DNA of 64,000 nucleotides from Candidatus Eiseniibacteriota bacterium (GTDB lineage Bacteria > Eisenbacteria > RBG-16-71-46). The notes under the pieces were generated by a model. The model saw nothing but the letters and a program-made list of their open reading frames with translations, was not told where the DNA came from and did not search any database. Numbering within the stretch: the first letter of the stretch is position 1; each line of letters begins with the position of its first letter. This document shows positions 31,723 through 40,941 of the stretch, piece after piece. The DNA lies in contig OY970178.1 in assembly GCA_963707915.1 (NCBI GenBank), positions 554,098-618,097 of the forward strand, given 5' to 3'. A program made the translations under genes and the position numbers.

Positions 31723-32604
31723 ATGCAGACTTCTGAGCTGCTGCGCAAGGTCCGGCGGCTCGAGATCCGCAGCCGGCACCTGGTCGCGGACCTCTTCGCG
31801 GGGAACGCCGAGAGCGTCTTCAAGGGCCGGGGCATGGAGTTCGAGGAGGTGCGGCGCTACGTCCCGGGGGACGAGGTGCGCGACATCGACTGGAACGTCA
31901 CGGCCCGTTTCGGCGAGCCGTTCGTCAAGCGTTTCGTCGAGGAGCGCGAGCTCACGGTGGTGCTGGTGGTGGACGTCTCGCGCTCGATGCGCTTCAGCAC
32001 CGCCGCGGTCGAGAAGCGCGAGCTGGCCGCCGAACTGTGCGCGGTGCTGGGATTCGCGGCGCAGCGGCACAACGACAAGGTCTCGCTGCTGCTGGTGGGC
32101 CGCCGCGTCGAGCACTTCGTCCCGCCCGGCCGGGGGCGCTCGCACGTGTTGCGGATGCTGCGCGACGTGCTGGGTGCCGAGGCCCGGCCGGGCCCGGCGG
32201 GTGCGCGGGACGCCGCGCACTTCCTGCTGCGCACCGCGCGCCGGCACAGCGTGGTCTTCTGGATCTCCGACTTCGACGACCCGCTCGATCCGCGCGACTG
32301 GAGGGTGCTGGCGCGGCGCCACGACGTGACCGCGCTGTTGCTGCGCGACGCCCGCGACGAGTCGCTGCCCTCGGTCGGCTGGGTCGAGCTCGAGGACCTC
32401 GAGAGCGGGGAGCGGCGGCTGGTGGACAGCGGCGATCCGCGCACCCGCGAGCGCTACCAGCGCGAGGCCGCGAAGCGGCTCAAGACGGTGAGCGGCGCGC
32501 TCGCCCAGGCCCGCTGCCCGTTGCTGGTGCTCCAGACCGGCCGGCCCTGGCTGCCGGTGCTGATGCGCTACTTCAGCCAGCGGCGCCGGGGGAGGCGCGG
32601 GTGA
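31723..32604 (+). CDS. DUF58 (VWA-like) protein
   Basis: G.GMEFEEVR.Y.PGD.VRDIDWNVTAR, DVSRSM, ISDF. Confidence 0.93.
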   Translation: MQTSELLRKVRRLEIRSRHLVADLFAGNAESVFKGRGMEFEEVRRYVPGDEVRDIDWNVTARFGEPFVKRFVEERELTVVLVVDVSRSMRFSTAAVEKRELAAELCAVLGFAAQRHNDKVSLLLVGRRVEHFVPPGRGRSHVLRMLRDVLGAEARPGPAGARDAAHFLLRTARRHSVVFWISDFDDPLDPRDWRVLARRHDVTALLLRDARDESLPSVGWVELEDLESGERRLVDSGDPRTRERYQREAAKRLKTVSGALAQARCPLLVLQTGRPWLPVLMRYFSQRRRGRRG

Positions 32605-33614
32605 GGCGCGCGTGGGCGGTCGCCCTGGCGCTGGTCGCAGGGGTGGCGTCGGCCGCTCCGACGGGCGGCGGCCTGCCGGTCGTGCCGGTCCGCTCCGGTG
32701 TGGCCCGCGCGGCGGGGTACGCGTGCCAGGCCGCGGTGCGGCCCGGCGTGGCGAGGGTGGGAGAGCCGGTGCTCTACCGGGGCCGCGTGATGCTTCCCGG
32801 GCTCATGGAGCTGCGCTGGCGGCCGCCCGCCGGGGGCGGCGACTTCGAGTGGGGCAGCCCCCGGGTGCGGCGCATCCCCGCGTACTCGGGCTCGCGCAAT
32901 CGTTCGCGCGAGCGGCTGCTCACCGACACGCTGGAGGTCGAGATCCCCCTGCAGGCGTTCACCCCGGGAATGCTCGGCGTGCCCGGGCTGGGCTTCGAGG
33001 TGCGCGGGCCCGACGGCTCCGTCCGGACCGGGCAGCTTCCCGTGGTCCGCCTGGCGGTTGCCCCGGTCCTGTCCCCCGACGACACCAGCGCGAGCCTGCG
33101 CCCCCTGCGCGGGCCGCTGGGGGCGCCGTGGTGGGAGCGGGTGCCCTGGCTCGCCGTGGGGCTGGGCGCGCTGGTCGCGGGGGGCGTCGGCTGGATCGCG
33201 TGGCGCCTGCGCCGCCGGCGCGTCCCGGAGGCCGGGCCCGTGCGGACGCGTCCGTCGGCGGACCCGGCGACGGTGGCGCTCGCGGCGCTCGCGGCGCTGC
33301 GCGGCCTGCGGCTGCCGGAGCAGGGCCGCTTCGCCGTGCATGCGCTCGAGCTGACCGGGATCCTGCGGCGCTTCCTCGAGGCCACGCAGGGCTCGCCGCG
33401 CCCCGGTGACAGCACCCCCGAGCTGGTGGCCCGCCTCGAGGCCACGCGCCTGACCCCGTCGGAGCGCGAGCGCGTCGCCGCGCTGCTCGCGGCGTGGGAC
33501 CGGGTCAAGTTCGCGCGCGCGGCGAGCAGCCCGGAGGAGGCGCGCCGCGCCGAGGGCGCGGTCGAGGGCCTGGCGCGCCGACGTCTCCCGGGCGCGGGCG
33601 AGGGGGGCGCGTGA
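32601..33614 (+). CDS. Bat-cluster single-pass membrane protein (hypothetical)
   Basis: Signal peptide, beta domain, TM, C-terminal LRRFLE...T.EL...D.VKFA domain as found upstream of batA. Confidence 0.7.
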   Translation: MRRAWAVALALVAGVASAAPTGGGLPVVPVRSGVARAAGYACQAAVRPGVARVGEPVLYRGRVMLPGLMELRWRPPAGGGDFEWGSPRVRRIPAYSGSRNRSRERLLTDTLEVEIPLQAFTPGMLGVPGLGFEVRGPDGSVRTGQLPVVRLAVAPVLSPDDTSASLRPLRGPLGAPWWERVPWLAVGLGALVAGGVGWIAWRLRRRRVPEAGPVRTRPSADPATVALAALAALRGLRLPEQGRFAVHALELTGILRRFLEATQGSPRPGDSTPELVARLEATRLTPSERERVAALLAAWDRVKFARAASSPEEARRAEGAVEGLARRRLPGAGEGGA

Positions 33615-34591
33615 TGCGCTGGGAGGCCCCGTGGCTGCTGCTCCTGCTGCTGCTCGTGCCGCTGCTCGCCGTGCTGTCGCGCCGTCGCCCCCCGGCGCGC
33701 CCGGCGGCGGTGCTCTGGGTGCGGGCGGACGGTCGCGCCGGCGTGCGCGCCGGGCTGGTGCGCGCCGTCTCGGTGCTGCCGTGGCTGGCGCTCGCGCTCG
33801 CGCTGGTCTCGCTCGCGCGCCCGCAGCAGGGCCTGAGCCTGAGCGAGACCGAGAGCCGCGGCGTGGACATCATGCTCGCGATCGACATGTCGCCGAGCAT
33901 GTCGGCGCAGGACTTCCAACCGCTCAACCGCCTCAGCGTCGCCAAGGCGACGGCGCGCGAGTTCATCCGCCGCCGCCCGCACGACCGGATCGGCCTGACC
34001 GGGTTCGCGGCCACGGCGTTCACGCAGTGCCCGCTGACGCTCGACCATGACGCGCTCGTCGAGCTGCTGGACGGACTCGACTTCGGACTCGCCGAGGACG
34101 GCACCGCCATCGGCATGGGGCTGGCGACGGCCGTGGCGCGGTTGCGCGAGAGCCGCACCCCCAGCAAGGTGATCGTGCTGCTCACCGACGGGGCCAACAA
34201 TCGCGGGCAGATCGATCCGCTCACCGGCGCGGACCTGGCGCGGGCGCTGGGGGTGAAGGTCCACACCATCCTCGTCGGCCGGGGCGGGATGGTGCCGGTG
34301 CCGATGGACGACCCGGTGACGGGCCGGCGCATCCAGATGATGCAGATGGAGGTGGACCCGGTGACGCTGCAGGAGATCGCGCAGCGCACCGGCGGCCGCT
34401 TCTACCGCGCCACGGACGCGGGCGCGCTGGCGGGGATCTACGGCGAGATCGACCGGCTCGAGCGCGTCCCGGTGCGCTCCATCGTCTACCGCGACTACCG
34501 CGACCTGGCGCCCCTGGTGCTGGGCGCGGCGGCGTTCCTGCTGGCGGCGGCCGTGCTGCTCGGCAACACCCTGGCCTTCCGGCTCCCGTGA
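33614..34591 (+). CDS. batA: BatA-like VWA domain membrane protein
   Basis: N-terminal PWLLLLL, LARPQ, MIDAS DMSPSM, GTAIG.GL, LLTDGANN, TGGRFYRA. Confidence 0.88.
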   Translation: MRWEAPWLLLLLLLVPLLAVLSRRRPPARPAAVLWVRADGRAGVRAGLVRAVSVLPWLALALALVSLARPQQGLSLSETESRGVDIMLAIDMSPSMSAQDFQPLNRLSVAKATAREFIRRRPHDRIGLTGFAATAFTQCPLTLDHDALVELLDGLDFGLAEDGTAIGMGLATAVARLRESRTPSKVIVLLTDGANNRGQIDPLTGADLARALGVKVHTILVGRGGMVPVPMDDPVTGRRIQMMQMEVDPVTLQEIAQRTGGRFYRATDAGALAGIYGEIDRLERVPVRSIVYRDYRDLAPLVLGAAAFLLAAAVLLGNTLAFRLP

Positions 34592-34601
34592 GGACGCGAA
34601 C

Positions 34602-36311
34602 GTGACCTTCCCCGATCCCCGCTGGCTCCTGCCGCTGCTGGCCGTGCCCGCGCTGTGGCTGCTCGCGCTGCTGGCGCGCCGGCGCGCCCGCCTCGGCCTC
34701 GCCCGGCTGATCGGGGAGCGCCCGGACTCGGTGCTGCGCGCGCAGGTGCTCGCGGGCTCGCGCCGCGCCGAGGCGCTGCTGCGGCTGGGGGCGCTGACTG
34801 CGCTGATCGTGGGCGCGGCGGGGCCGGAGTGGGGACGCGAGGTGGTGCGCCGCGCGTCGAGCGGATCGGACGTGGTGCTGGTGCTGGACGCGTCGGCCAG
34901 CATGGATACCCGGGACGTGGCGCCCTCGCGGATCGAGGAAGCGCGGCGCGAGGCGCTGGCCGCGCTGGACCGGCTCGCGGGGAGCCGCGTCGCCGTGGTG
35001 GCGTTCGCCGGGGACGCCTCGCGGCTCTGTCCGCTGACGCTCGACCGCAGCGCGGCGCGGCTCACGCTCGAGTCGTTGTCCAGCGCCTCGGTGAGCACGC
35101 CGGGCACGGACCTGGGCCGCGCGCTGCGGATGGCGGCGCGGGTCCTCCCGCCCGGGCGGCGCGACGAACAGGCCATCGTGCTGTGGACGGACGGGGAGGA
35201 CCTCGAGGGCGGCGCGAAGGGCGCCCTGGACGAACTCGCGATGCACGGCGTGCGGGTCTTCGCCGTGGGGGTCGGCACGCCGGCGGGGGGCGAGGTGCCG
35301 GTGCTGGACGACCAGGGCCGCGCGGTGGACGTGAAGCGCGCGCCGGGCGGCGGGCCGGTGGTGAGCCGGCTGGACGAGGGGCTGCTCCGGGCGGTGGCCC
35401 GGCGCACTCGTGGCGGGTACTACTCCGCGTCGCGCCCGGGCGGGGAGTTGCCGCGGCTGCTGGCCTCGCTGGGCGGCCTGGCGCGCTCGGCGCGGGGCAC
35501 GCGGATGAGCGAACGCCCGGTACCGCGCTTCCGGTGGTTCGCGCTGGCCGCGATCGCGCTGCTGACGCTGGACCAGCTCCGGGCGCGCCGGCGCCGCGAG
35601 GCGGAGTCCGAGGCCGGCGCCCCGCTGCACTCCGAACGGAGCACGGCCGCGGCGCTGGCGCTGCTCCTGCTGCTGGTACCGGGACCGGCCCGTGCGCAGA
35701 GCGAGTGGGCGCGGGGCGACCGCGCGTTCCGCTCGGGGCAGTGGGCGGTGGCGGAATCGCTGTACGCGAGCCGGCTGAGGTATGGCGCGCCGCCCGAGGT
35801 GCGGGTCAACCTGGCCACGGCACGCGCGCAGGGCGGGCAGGCGGAGCGCGCCGAGCGGGAGTGGTCGGCGCTGGCCGGGAGCGACACGCGCGCGGGGCGC
35901 GCCGCGGGGTACAATCTGGGGACGCTGCTGGGCGGGCGGGGCGACGTGACGCGCGCGCTGGGGGCGCTGCGGAACGTGCTGAAGCGCGACCCGGCCGACG
36001 AGGACGCGCGCTGGAACTACGAGGTGCTGCTGCGGGAGCGCGAGCGGCGCGAGCAGCAGAAGCAGCCCCGGCCCGAGCCGAAGCCGCAGCCGGCCGGGGG
36101 CGGGGGCGCGAAGCCGCAGCCGCAGGGCGCGCCGCCGAGCCCGCCGCCGACGGGCGGTGCGGCGCAGCAGCCCGCGCCGGGGCCGCAGGGGACGATGAGC
36201 CGCGCGCAGGCCGAGCGGCTGCTCGACGCGCTCGCGGAACTGGAGCGGTCCCAGGTGGGGCGCCAGCGGAAGGTGCGCGTGACCGACGAGAAGCGGGGGA
36301 GGGACTGGTGA
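34602..36311 (+). CDS. BatB-like VWA protein fused to BatC-like TPR/low-complexity region
   Basis: DASASM, AFAG, GTDLG.AL, TDGED; then TPR (YNLG, DARWNYE), a Q/P-rich linker and terminal KRGRDW. Confidence 0.85.
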   Translation: MTFPDPRWLLPLLAVPALWLLALLARRRARLGLARLIGERPDSVLRAQVLAGSRRAEALLRLGALTALIVGAAGPEWGREVVRRASSGSDVVLVLDASASMDTRDVAPSRIEEARREALAALDRLAGSRVAVVAFAGDASRLCPLTLDRSAARLTLESLSSASVSTPGTDLGRALRMAARVLPPGRRDEQAIVLWTDGEDLEGGAKGALDELAMHGVRVFAVGVGTPAGGEVPVLDDQGRAVDVKRAPGGGPVVSRLDEGLLRAVARRTRGGYYSASRPGGELPRLLASLGGLARSARGTRMSERPVPRFRWFALAAIALLTLDQLRARRRREAESEAGAPLHSERSTAAALALLLLLVPGPARAQSEWARGDRAFRSGQWAVAESLYASRLRYGAPPEVRVNLATARAQGGQAERAEREWSALAGSDTRAGRAAGYNLGTLLGGRGDVTRALGALRNVLKRDPADEDARWNYEVLLRERERREQQKQPRPEPKPQPAGGGGAKPQPQGAPPSPPPTGGAAQQPAPGPQGTMSRAQAERLLDALAELERSQVGRQRKVRVTDEKRGRDW

Positions 36312-38560
36312 GGCGCCCGGGTCGCGCGTCGGCGATGGTGGTGCTGGTGCTGGCGTGGCTCGCGGCCGCGGTCGCGGTCGCGGCCGGCGCGACGGTCGTG
36401 GCGCGGCTCGAGCGGGCGCGGGGGACCGTGGACGAGAGCGTGGGGTTCACGGTCACGGTGAGCGGTGCGGGGGCCGGTGTGCCCGCCCCGGTGGTGCAGC
36501 TGCCGGCCGGCCTCGAGGTGCTGGGGGTCTCGCGGGGTGAGAGCGCCTCGCAGACGGTCTTCCGCTACGAGATCGGGCTGCAGCGGGCGGGGCGCTACTC
36601 GGTCGGACCGGTGCGCGTGAGGGCCGACGGGCAGCTCCTCGCCAGCGGGGCCTGTGCACTGGTGGTGACGGCGGCCGCGCCGGGGCTCGCGGCGACGTCC
36701 GGCGCGGCGTCGCTTCTGGTCGACGTCGAGCCGCGGGCCCCGTGGGTGGGGGAGCCGGTGATCCTGCGCGTGCGCCTGGTGCTGGCCCGGGACCTCGCAG
36801 AGGAGCCGGCCTACGTGCCGCCCGTGACGACGGGGTTCTGGGCCGAGCCTCCCAGTCGCCCGGAGTCGTACTACGCGACGCAGGCCGGTCGCCGCGTGCT
36901 CGTCACCGAGACGCGGACCCGGCTCTACCCGCTGGCGCCGGGAGTGGCGCGCATCGGCGCGGCGGGGGCGGTGGTCGTGTTCGCGGGCGCGGACGCCGCC
37001 GATCCGCTGCGGTGGGAGTCGGGCCGGGTGCCGCGTCGCGAGGTGACGCTCCGGAGCCAGCCGCTCGAGGTGGGGATCCGGCCCCTTCCGCCGGGCGCGC
37101 CGGCGGGATTCGACGGCGCGGTGGGATCGTTCGCGGTGCGCTGGTCCGCGGACCGCGAACGCACCTCGCTGGACGTCCCGCTCACCGCGCGGCTCGACGT
37201 GCGCGGCGTGGGCAACCTGCCGCTGGTCAAGGCGCCGGTCCTCGCCCCGGCGGACGCCGAGGTGTTCGCCGCGGGATCGGAGGACAGCCTCGCGGCCCCG
37301 GGATCGCGCGGGGACGGCCGGAGGCGCTTCCAGTGGACGGTGCTGCCCCGCCGGGAGGGGACGTGGTCGATCGCGGTGCCGGCGTTCGTCTGGTTCGATC
37401 CGGCGGCCGGGGCGTACCGCAGCGCGCCCCAGCGTCCGCTCGTGGCGGAGGTGGGCCCGCGGGTGTTCTCGTCCGCCGCGGAGCACGCGGGATTCCCGGC
37501 GGTGTTCGAGCGCGAAGCGCCCGACCCCTTCTCGCGCGGAGCGGCACCGTGGATCTGGGCGCTGGCGGGACTGCTGGCCGGTGCCGCCGCCGTGGCGTGG
37601 CGGGTGCGGCCCCCGGCGGAGGCGCACGCGGAGGCGCGCGCCCGGGCGGCGGCCTGGCGCAATGCCCTGCGCGCCCCCGGAGGGCCGGCCTTCTGGCGTG
37701 CGGCCGAGGAGGCGGTCGAGTGGCTGGAGCCCGGCGGGCGGCCGGTCGCCGAGGTGCGCGAGCAGATCGTCGCCACCCGCTACGGCGGCGCCGAGGGTGA
37801 CGTGGACGCGGTGCGTCTGCGGCTCGCCCGCGAGCTGGCGCTCGCGCTGCCCGCGGTTCCGGCGGCCTGGCGCTGGCGGCCCGTGGCGGTGGCGCTGGCG
37901 GGGATCGCGGTGGTGGTGATGGTGCTGGGCGGCGTGACGCTGGGGGAGAGCGCGAACGCCCTGCGGCTGCGGGCGGCGGATCGCGTGGCGCGCGATGGAG
38001 ACGTGGCGCGGGCCCGGGCCGCGTGGTACGGGATGTGGCAGGAGGGCGGTCGCGCGCCCGCCCTGGCCGCGCGACTGGCCTGGGCCGAGGCGACGCGCGG
38101 CGCGCTGGGCCCGGCCGCCGTGTGGGTGTTGCGCGGCCAACAGGGCGACGCCCGGGATCCGGCGCTGGCATGGGTGTCCGACCTGGTGCGCGAGGGCGGA
38201 GGGCTGGCGGGCTCGCGCCCCGTGAGGCTGCCGTTGCGGCGGATCGAGTGGGCGGCACTCGGACTGGTCCTGGGCCTCGCGGCGGGTGCGGTCTGGCCGC
38301 GGCGCCGTCTCGCGCTGGTCCTCGGCCTGCTGGCGCTGGGCACGGCGGGGGTGGAGCCGGTGCAGGACGCCTGGGTCGCTCACGTCGGACAATCGGTGGT
38401 GGGAAGGAGCGTGACGCTGGCGGGCGCGGGGCTCGAGCTCGAGCCCGGGCAGGTCGTGCAGGTGCTGGGCACCGAGGGTGCGTGGGCCCGGGTCCGCGCG
38501 GGGCGCGAGCTGGAGGGGCGCGTGCCCCTGGTGGCGCTGCTGCCGGTGGGACGACCGTGA
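36308..38560 (+). CDS. BatD-like protein with C-terminal BatE-like TPR/SH3 region
   Basis: Signal peptide, beta domains, F.GAVGSF, G.GNL, FVWFDP..G.Y; C-terminal L.PG..V.V....WARV....EGRVP (SH3b-like). Confidence 0.75.
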   Translation: MRRPGRASAMVVLVLAWLAAAVAVAAGATVVARLERARGTVDESVGFTVTVSGAGAGVPAPVVQLPAGLEVLGVSRGESASQTVFRYEIGLQRAGRYSVGPVRVRADGQLLASGACALVVTAAAPGLAATSGAASLLVDVEPRAPWVGEPVILRVRLVLARDLAEEPAYVPPVTTGFWAEPPSRPESYYATQAGRRVLVTETRTRLYPLAPGVARIGAAGAVVVFAGADAADPLRWESGRVPRREVTLRSQPLEVGIRPLPPGAPAGFDGAVGSFAVRWSADRERTSLDVPLTARLDVRGVGNLPLVKAPVLAPADAEVFAAGSEDSLAAPGSRGDGRRRFQWTVLPRREGTWSIAVPAFVWFDPAAGAYRSAPQRPLVAEVGPRVFSSAAEHAGFPAVFEREAPDPFSRGAAPWIWALAGLLAGAAAVAWRVRPPAEAHAEARARAAAWRNALRAPGGPAFWRAAEEAVEWLEPGGRPVAEVREQIVATRYGGAEGDVDAVRLRLARELALALPAVPAAWRWRPVAVALAGIAVVVMVLGGVTLGESANALRLRAADRVARDGDVARARAAWYGMWQEGGRAPALAARLAWAEATRGALGPAAVWVLRGQQGDARDPALAWVSDLVREGGGLAGSRPVRLPLRRIEWAALGLVLGLAAGAVWPRRRLALVLGLLALGTAGVEPVQDAWVAHVGQSVVGRSVTLAGAGLELEPGQVVQVLGTEGAWARVRAGRELEGRVPLVALLPVGRP

Positions 38561-39129
38561 CGAAGGTGCTCATGCTGGCCCTGGCCCTGCTGGGCCCGGT
38601 GGAACGTCTGGACTGGGCGGTCGCCCGAGGCGTGCAGGAGGCGCGGCGGCCGGCGCTCGAGGGGGTCATGAGGGAGGCCACGGCGATCGGGCGGCCGGCA
38701 GTCGTGGCGGCCGGGCTCGCGATCGTGCTGGCGGTGGACCTCGCCGGCGGGGGCGGCTGGAGCACCGTGCGCCTGGCGGTGGTGGCGCTCGCCGGGACGA
38801 ACCTGGTCGTGGAAGGGCTCAAGCGCGCCGTCGGGCGCACGCGGCCGGACGGGGACCCCAAGCGCTCGAACTCGTCGTTCCCGTCGAGCCACGCGGCCAA
38901 CGCCTTCGCGCTGGCCTGGGTCCTCGGCCACCGCTGGCGCCGGGGGATCGTGCCATTCGTGGCGCTGGCGCTCGTGGTGGCGTTCTCGCGCATGTACCTG
39001 AACCGGCACTTCCTGAGCGACGTGGTGGTCGGCGCGCTCATCGGCGCCGGCTGCGCCTGGGCGGCGGCGCGGTGGCTGCCGCTGCGTCGGCGGGTCGGGC
39101 CGCCGGGGACGGGGAGCCACGCGGGCTGA
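38557..39129 (+). CDS. PAP2-family membrane phosphatase
   Basis: K...GR.RP, SFPSSHA, SRMYL.RH..SDV. Confidence 0.9.
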   Translation: MTKVLMLALALLGPVERLDWAVARGVQEARRPALEGVMREATAIGRPAVVAAGLAIVLAVDLAGGGGWSTVRLAVVALAGTNLVVEGLKRAVGRTRPDGDPKRSNSSFPSSHAANAFALAWVLGHRWRRGIVPFVALALVVAFSRMYLNRHFLSDVVVGALIGAGCAWAAARWLPLRRRVGPPGTGSHAG

Positions 39130-39199
39130 GCCCCTCGATGCGGGGGCTGGCGGGCCCCCGGAGGCTTTGCTATCGTCCGTCCGGGAGGTCGTGCGGACC

Positions 39200-39664
39200 A
39201 TGTCGATCCTCGTCGGTCCTGCCATGCACCCTGCTCGTCTCATCCCGGACCTCAAGAGCTCCAGCCGTGACGGCGTTCTCGGCGAGATGGCGCGCCAGGC
39301 GCTGGGGCTCGGCGTCGCGCGGGAGCCCGCGGCGCTCCGCGCCCTGCTCCTGATGCGCGAGCGTCTCGGGGCGACGGCCGTGGGGCACGGGATCGCCGTG
39401 CCGAACGCCCGCTCGCTGCTGGTGACCTGGCCCGTCCTGCTGATGGGGCGCTCCCGGCCGGGCGTGGACTGGGGGGCGGAGGACGGCCTGCCGGTGCGCC
39501 TGGTCCTGCTCCTGCTCTCCCCGGCGCAGACCGGCGCGACGTTCCACGTCGGAGCGTTGTCGCGCGCGGTCGCCGCCGTCCGATCGGCGCGGGCGCGCCA
39601 GCGGCTGTTCGAGAGCGACGACGAGTGCGAGATCGCCGATCTGCTCGGAGCGGCACGGGGATGA
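39200..39664 (+). CDS. PTS EIIA (Fru/Ntr family)-like protein with His->Asn at the phospho site
   Basis: RERLGATAVG.GIAVPNAR, GVDW.A.DG.PV.LV.LLL, H...LS. Confidence 0.8.
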   Translation: MSILVGPAMHPARLIPDLKSSSRDGVLGEMARQALGLGVAREPAALRALLLMRERLGATAVGHGIAVPNARSLLVTWPVLLMGRSRPGVDWGAEDGLPVRLVLLLLSPAQTGATFHVGALSRAVAAVRSARARQRLFESDDECEIADLLGAARG

Positions 39665-39996
39665 CCGACTGGAGCGACGTGGTCGGACTGCACGACCTCG
39701 ACCTGCTGATCGAGGAGGCGGGCAGCGGCGGCACCCGGCAGATCGTGCTGGGCCTGGGGTTCAGCCTCGCCGGGCTGCCGGCCGTGGAGCGGGCACGCGC
39801 CCGCCTGCACGCGCGGCTGGAGAGCCGGTGGGCGCACGCCTACGATCGCGCGCGGCGGCGCTACGGCCGCGGCGTCGTGCTGGTGCGCGACCGCGTCTGC
39901 CAGGGCTGCTTCATCACCCTTCCCACCTGCGCCGCGGCGAGCCGGGACTCCCTGACCCTCTGCGAGTCCTGCGGCCGCATCCTGTTCTGGCGCTGA
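39661..39996 (+). CDS. Small C4-type zinc-ribbon protein
   Basis: Y.R.R..YG.GVV.V....CQGC.ITLP...CESCGRIL; ATGA overlap with the EIIA-like gene. Confidence 0.8.
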   Translation: MTDWSDVVGLHDLDLLIEEAGSGGTRQIVLGLGFSLAGLPAVERARARLHARLESRWAHAYDRARRRYGRGVVLVRDRVCQGCFITLPTCAAASRDSLTLCESCGRILFWR

Positions 39997-40076
39997 GCGC
40001 CCGCTCCGGGGTCCACGCCGGGGTGCGGCCTGCGGTATGCTGGGCGGGAGCGGATCGGGCAACGGGAGGAGCGCTG

Positions 40077-40502
40077 ATGAAGCGGAGCCGTGGATGGCAG
40101 GTCGTGATGCTGCTGGCCTGGTGCGCGGGATCGGGTTGCACCGCGCTGCGCGAGATCCCGCGCGTGGACTACGTGGCCCGCGCACAGGACCGTCCGGTCC
40201 GGATCGTGACGCGCGAGGGCCTGAGCTACGAGCTGGATTCGGCGAAGATCGAGGCGGACACGCTGGTGGGCTATCGCCGCCGGGACGTGCAGGGCCCGAT
40301 CGACGAGTTCGACACGATCCGGTTGCCGCTCGACGAAGTGGCCACGATCTCGGCCCGGCGCATCGACTGGTACCGCACGGGCCTGGTGGGCGGACTGTCG
40401 ATGGCGGCGATCGTGATCGGGGCCTCGGTGGCGCGGCGAGGGACCTCGGGAGGGACGTCGGGGACGCCCTCCCCGTGCCGCAAGGAACCGTGCCCGCAGT
40501 AG
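40077..40502 (+). CDS. Hypothetical exported protein, probable lipoprotein
   Basis: MKRSR + hydrophobic stretch + GSGC; C-terminal TM; GGAGG RBS and TATGCT -10 upstream. Confidence 0.7.
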   Translation: MKRSRGWQVVMLLAWCAGSGCTALREIPRVDYVARAQDRPVRIVTREGLSYELDSAKIEADTLVGYRRRDVQGPIDEFDTIRLPLDEVATISARRIDWYRTGLVGGLSMAAIVIGASVARRGTSGGTSGTPSPCRKEPCPQ

Positions 40503-40503
40503 C

Positions 40504-40863
40504 TCACCGGGCCAGGGCTCCGGTGGCGAGCGCCGCCAGGCCCGCGCCGATCGCGTCGGCCGCGAGGTCCACGGGGTCGAAGCCCCCGTGCCGGCGGTCG
40601 CGCGCCTCCTTGGCGAGGCCGAGAGCGAGCGCGCTCGCCGCGCCCGCGGCGGGGCGGCGCGCGAGCAACCCCACGCCGAGGCCGAGCGTGAAGGAGAGCG
40701 AGGCGTGCTCGAGGCGGTCCGCCCGAAGCAGGCCGGTCTGCCACGCGCGGACCGACGGCGGGGGTGGCGCGGGCGGGGGCGCCGGCCCGGCCGTCGCGGT
40801 CAGGGGCGCGAACGCGAGCCGAGCGAGGAGCAGCGTGCCGGCCAGCCGTGCCGGGTGTCGCAT
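40504..40863 (-). CDS. Small membrane protein, YfiM/VanZ-like (D..H...KE..D...D..AD..G)
   Basis: MRHPARL... signal, DRLEHASLS, GLAKEARD, GFDPVDLAADAIG; GGAGG RBS on the minus strand. Confidence 0.7.
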   Translation of the reverse strand: MRHPARLAGTLLLARLAFAPLTATAGPAPPPAPPPPSVRAWQTGLLRADRLEHASLSFTLGLGVGLLARRPAAGAASALALGLAKEARDRRHGGFDPVDLAADAIGAGLAALATGALAR

Positions 40864-40941
40864 GTGGGCCTCCCCGTGCCCGCCGGCGGCGCCGGGCAGC
40901 CTCGGCGTTGACGTCCCCGGGGCGCGTGCGCGAGGCACGTC

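Noticed and set aside
36060-36190. Q/P-rich repetitive stretch (CAGCCG/AAGCCG repeats)
   Set aside because: This is the low-complexity linker typical of BatC-like proteins, not a DNA repeat element.
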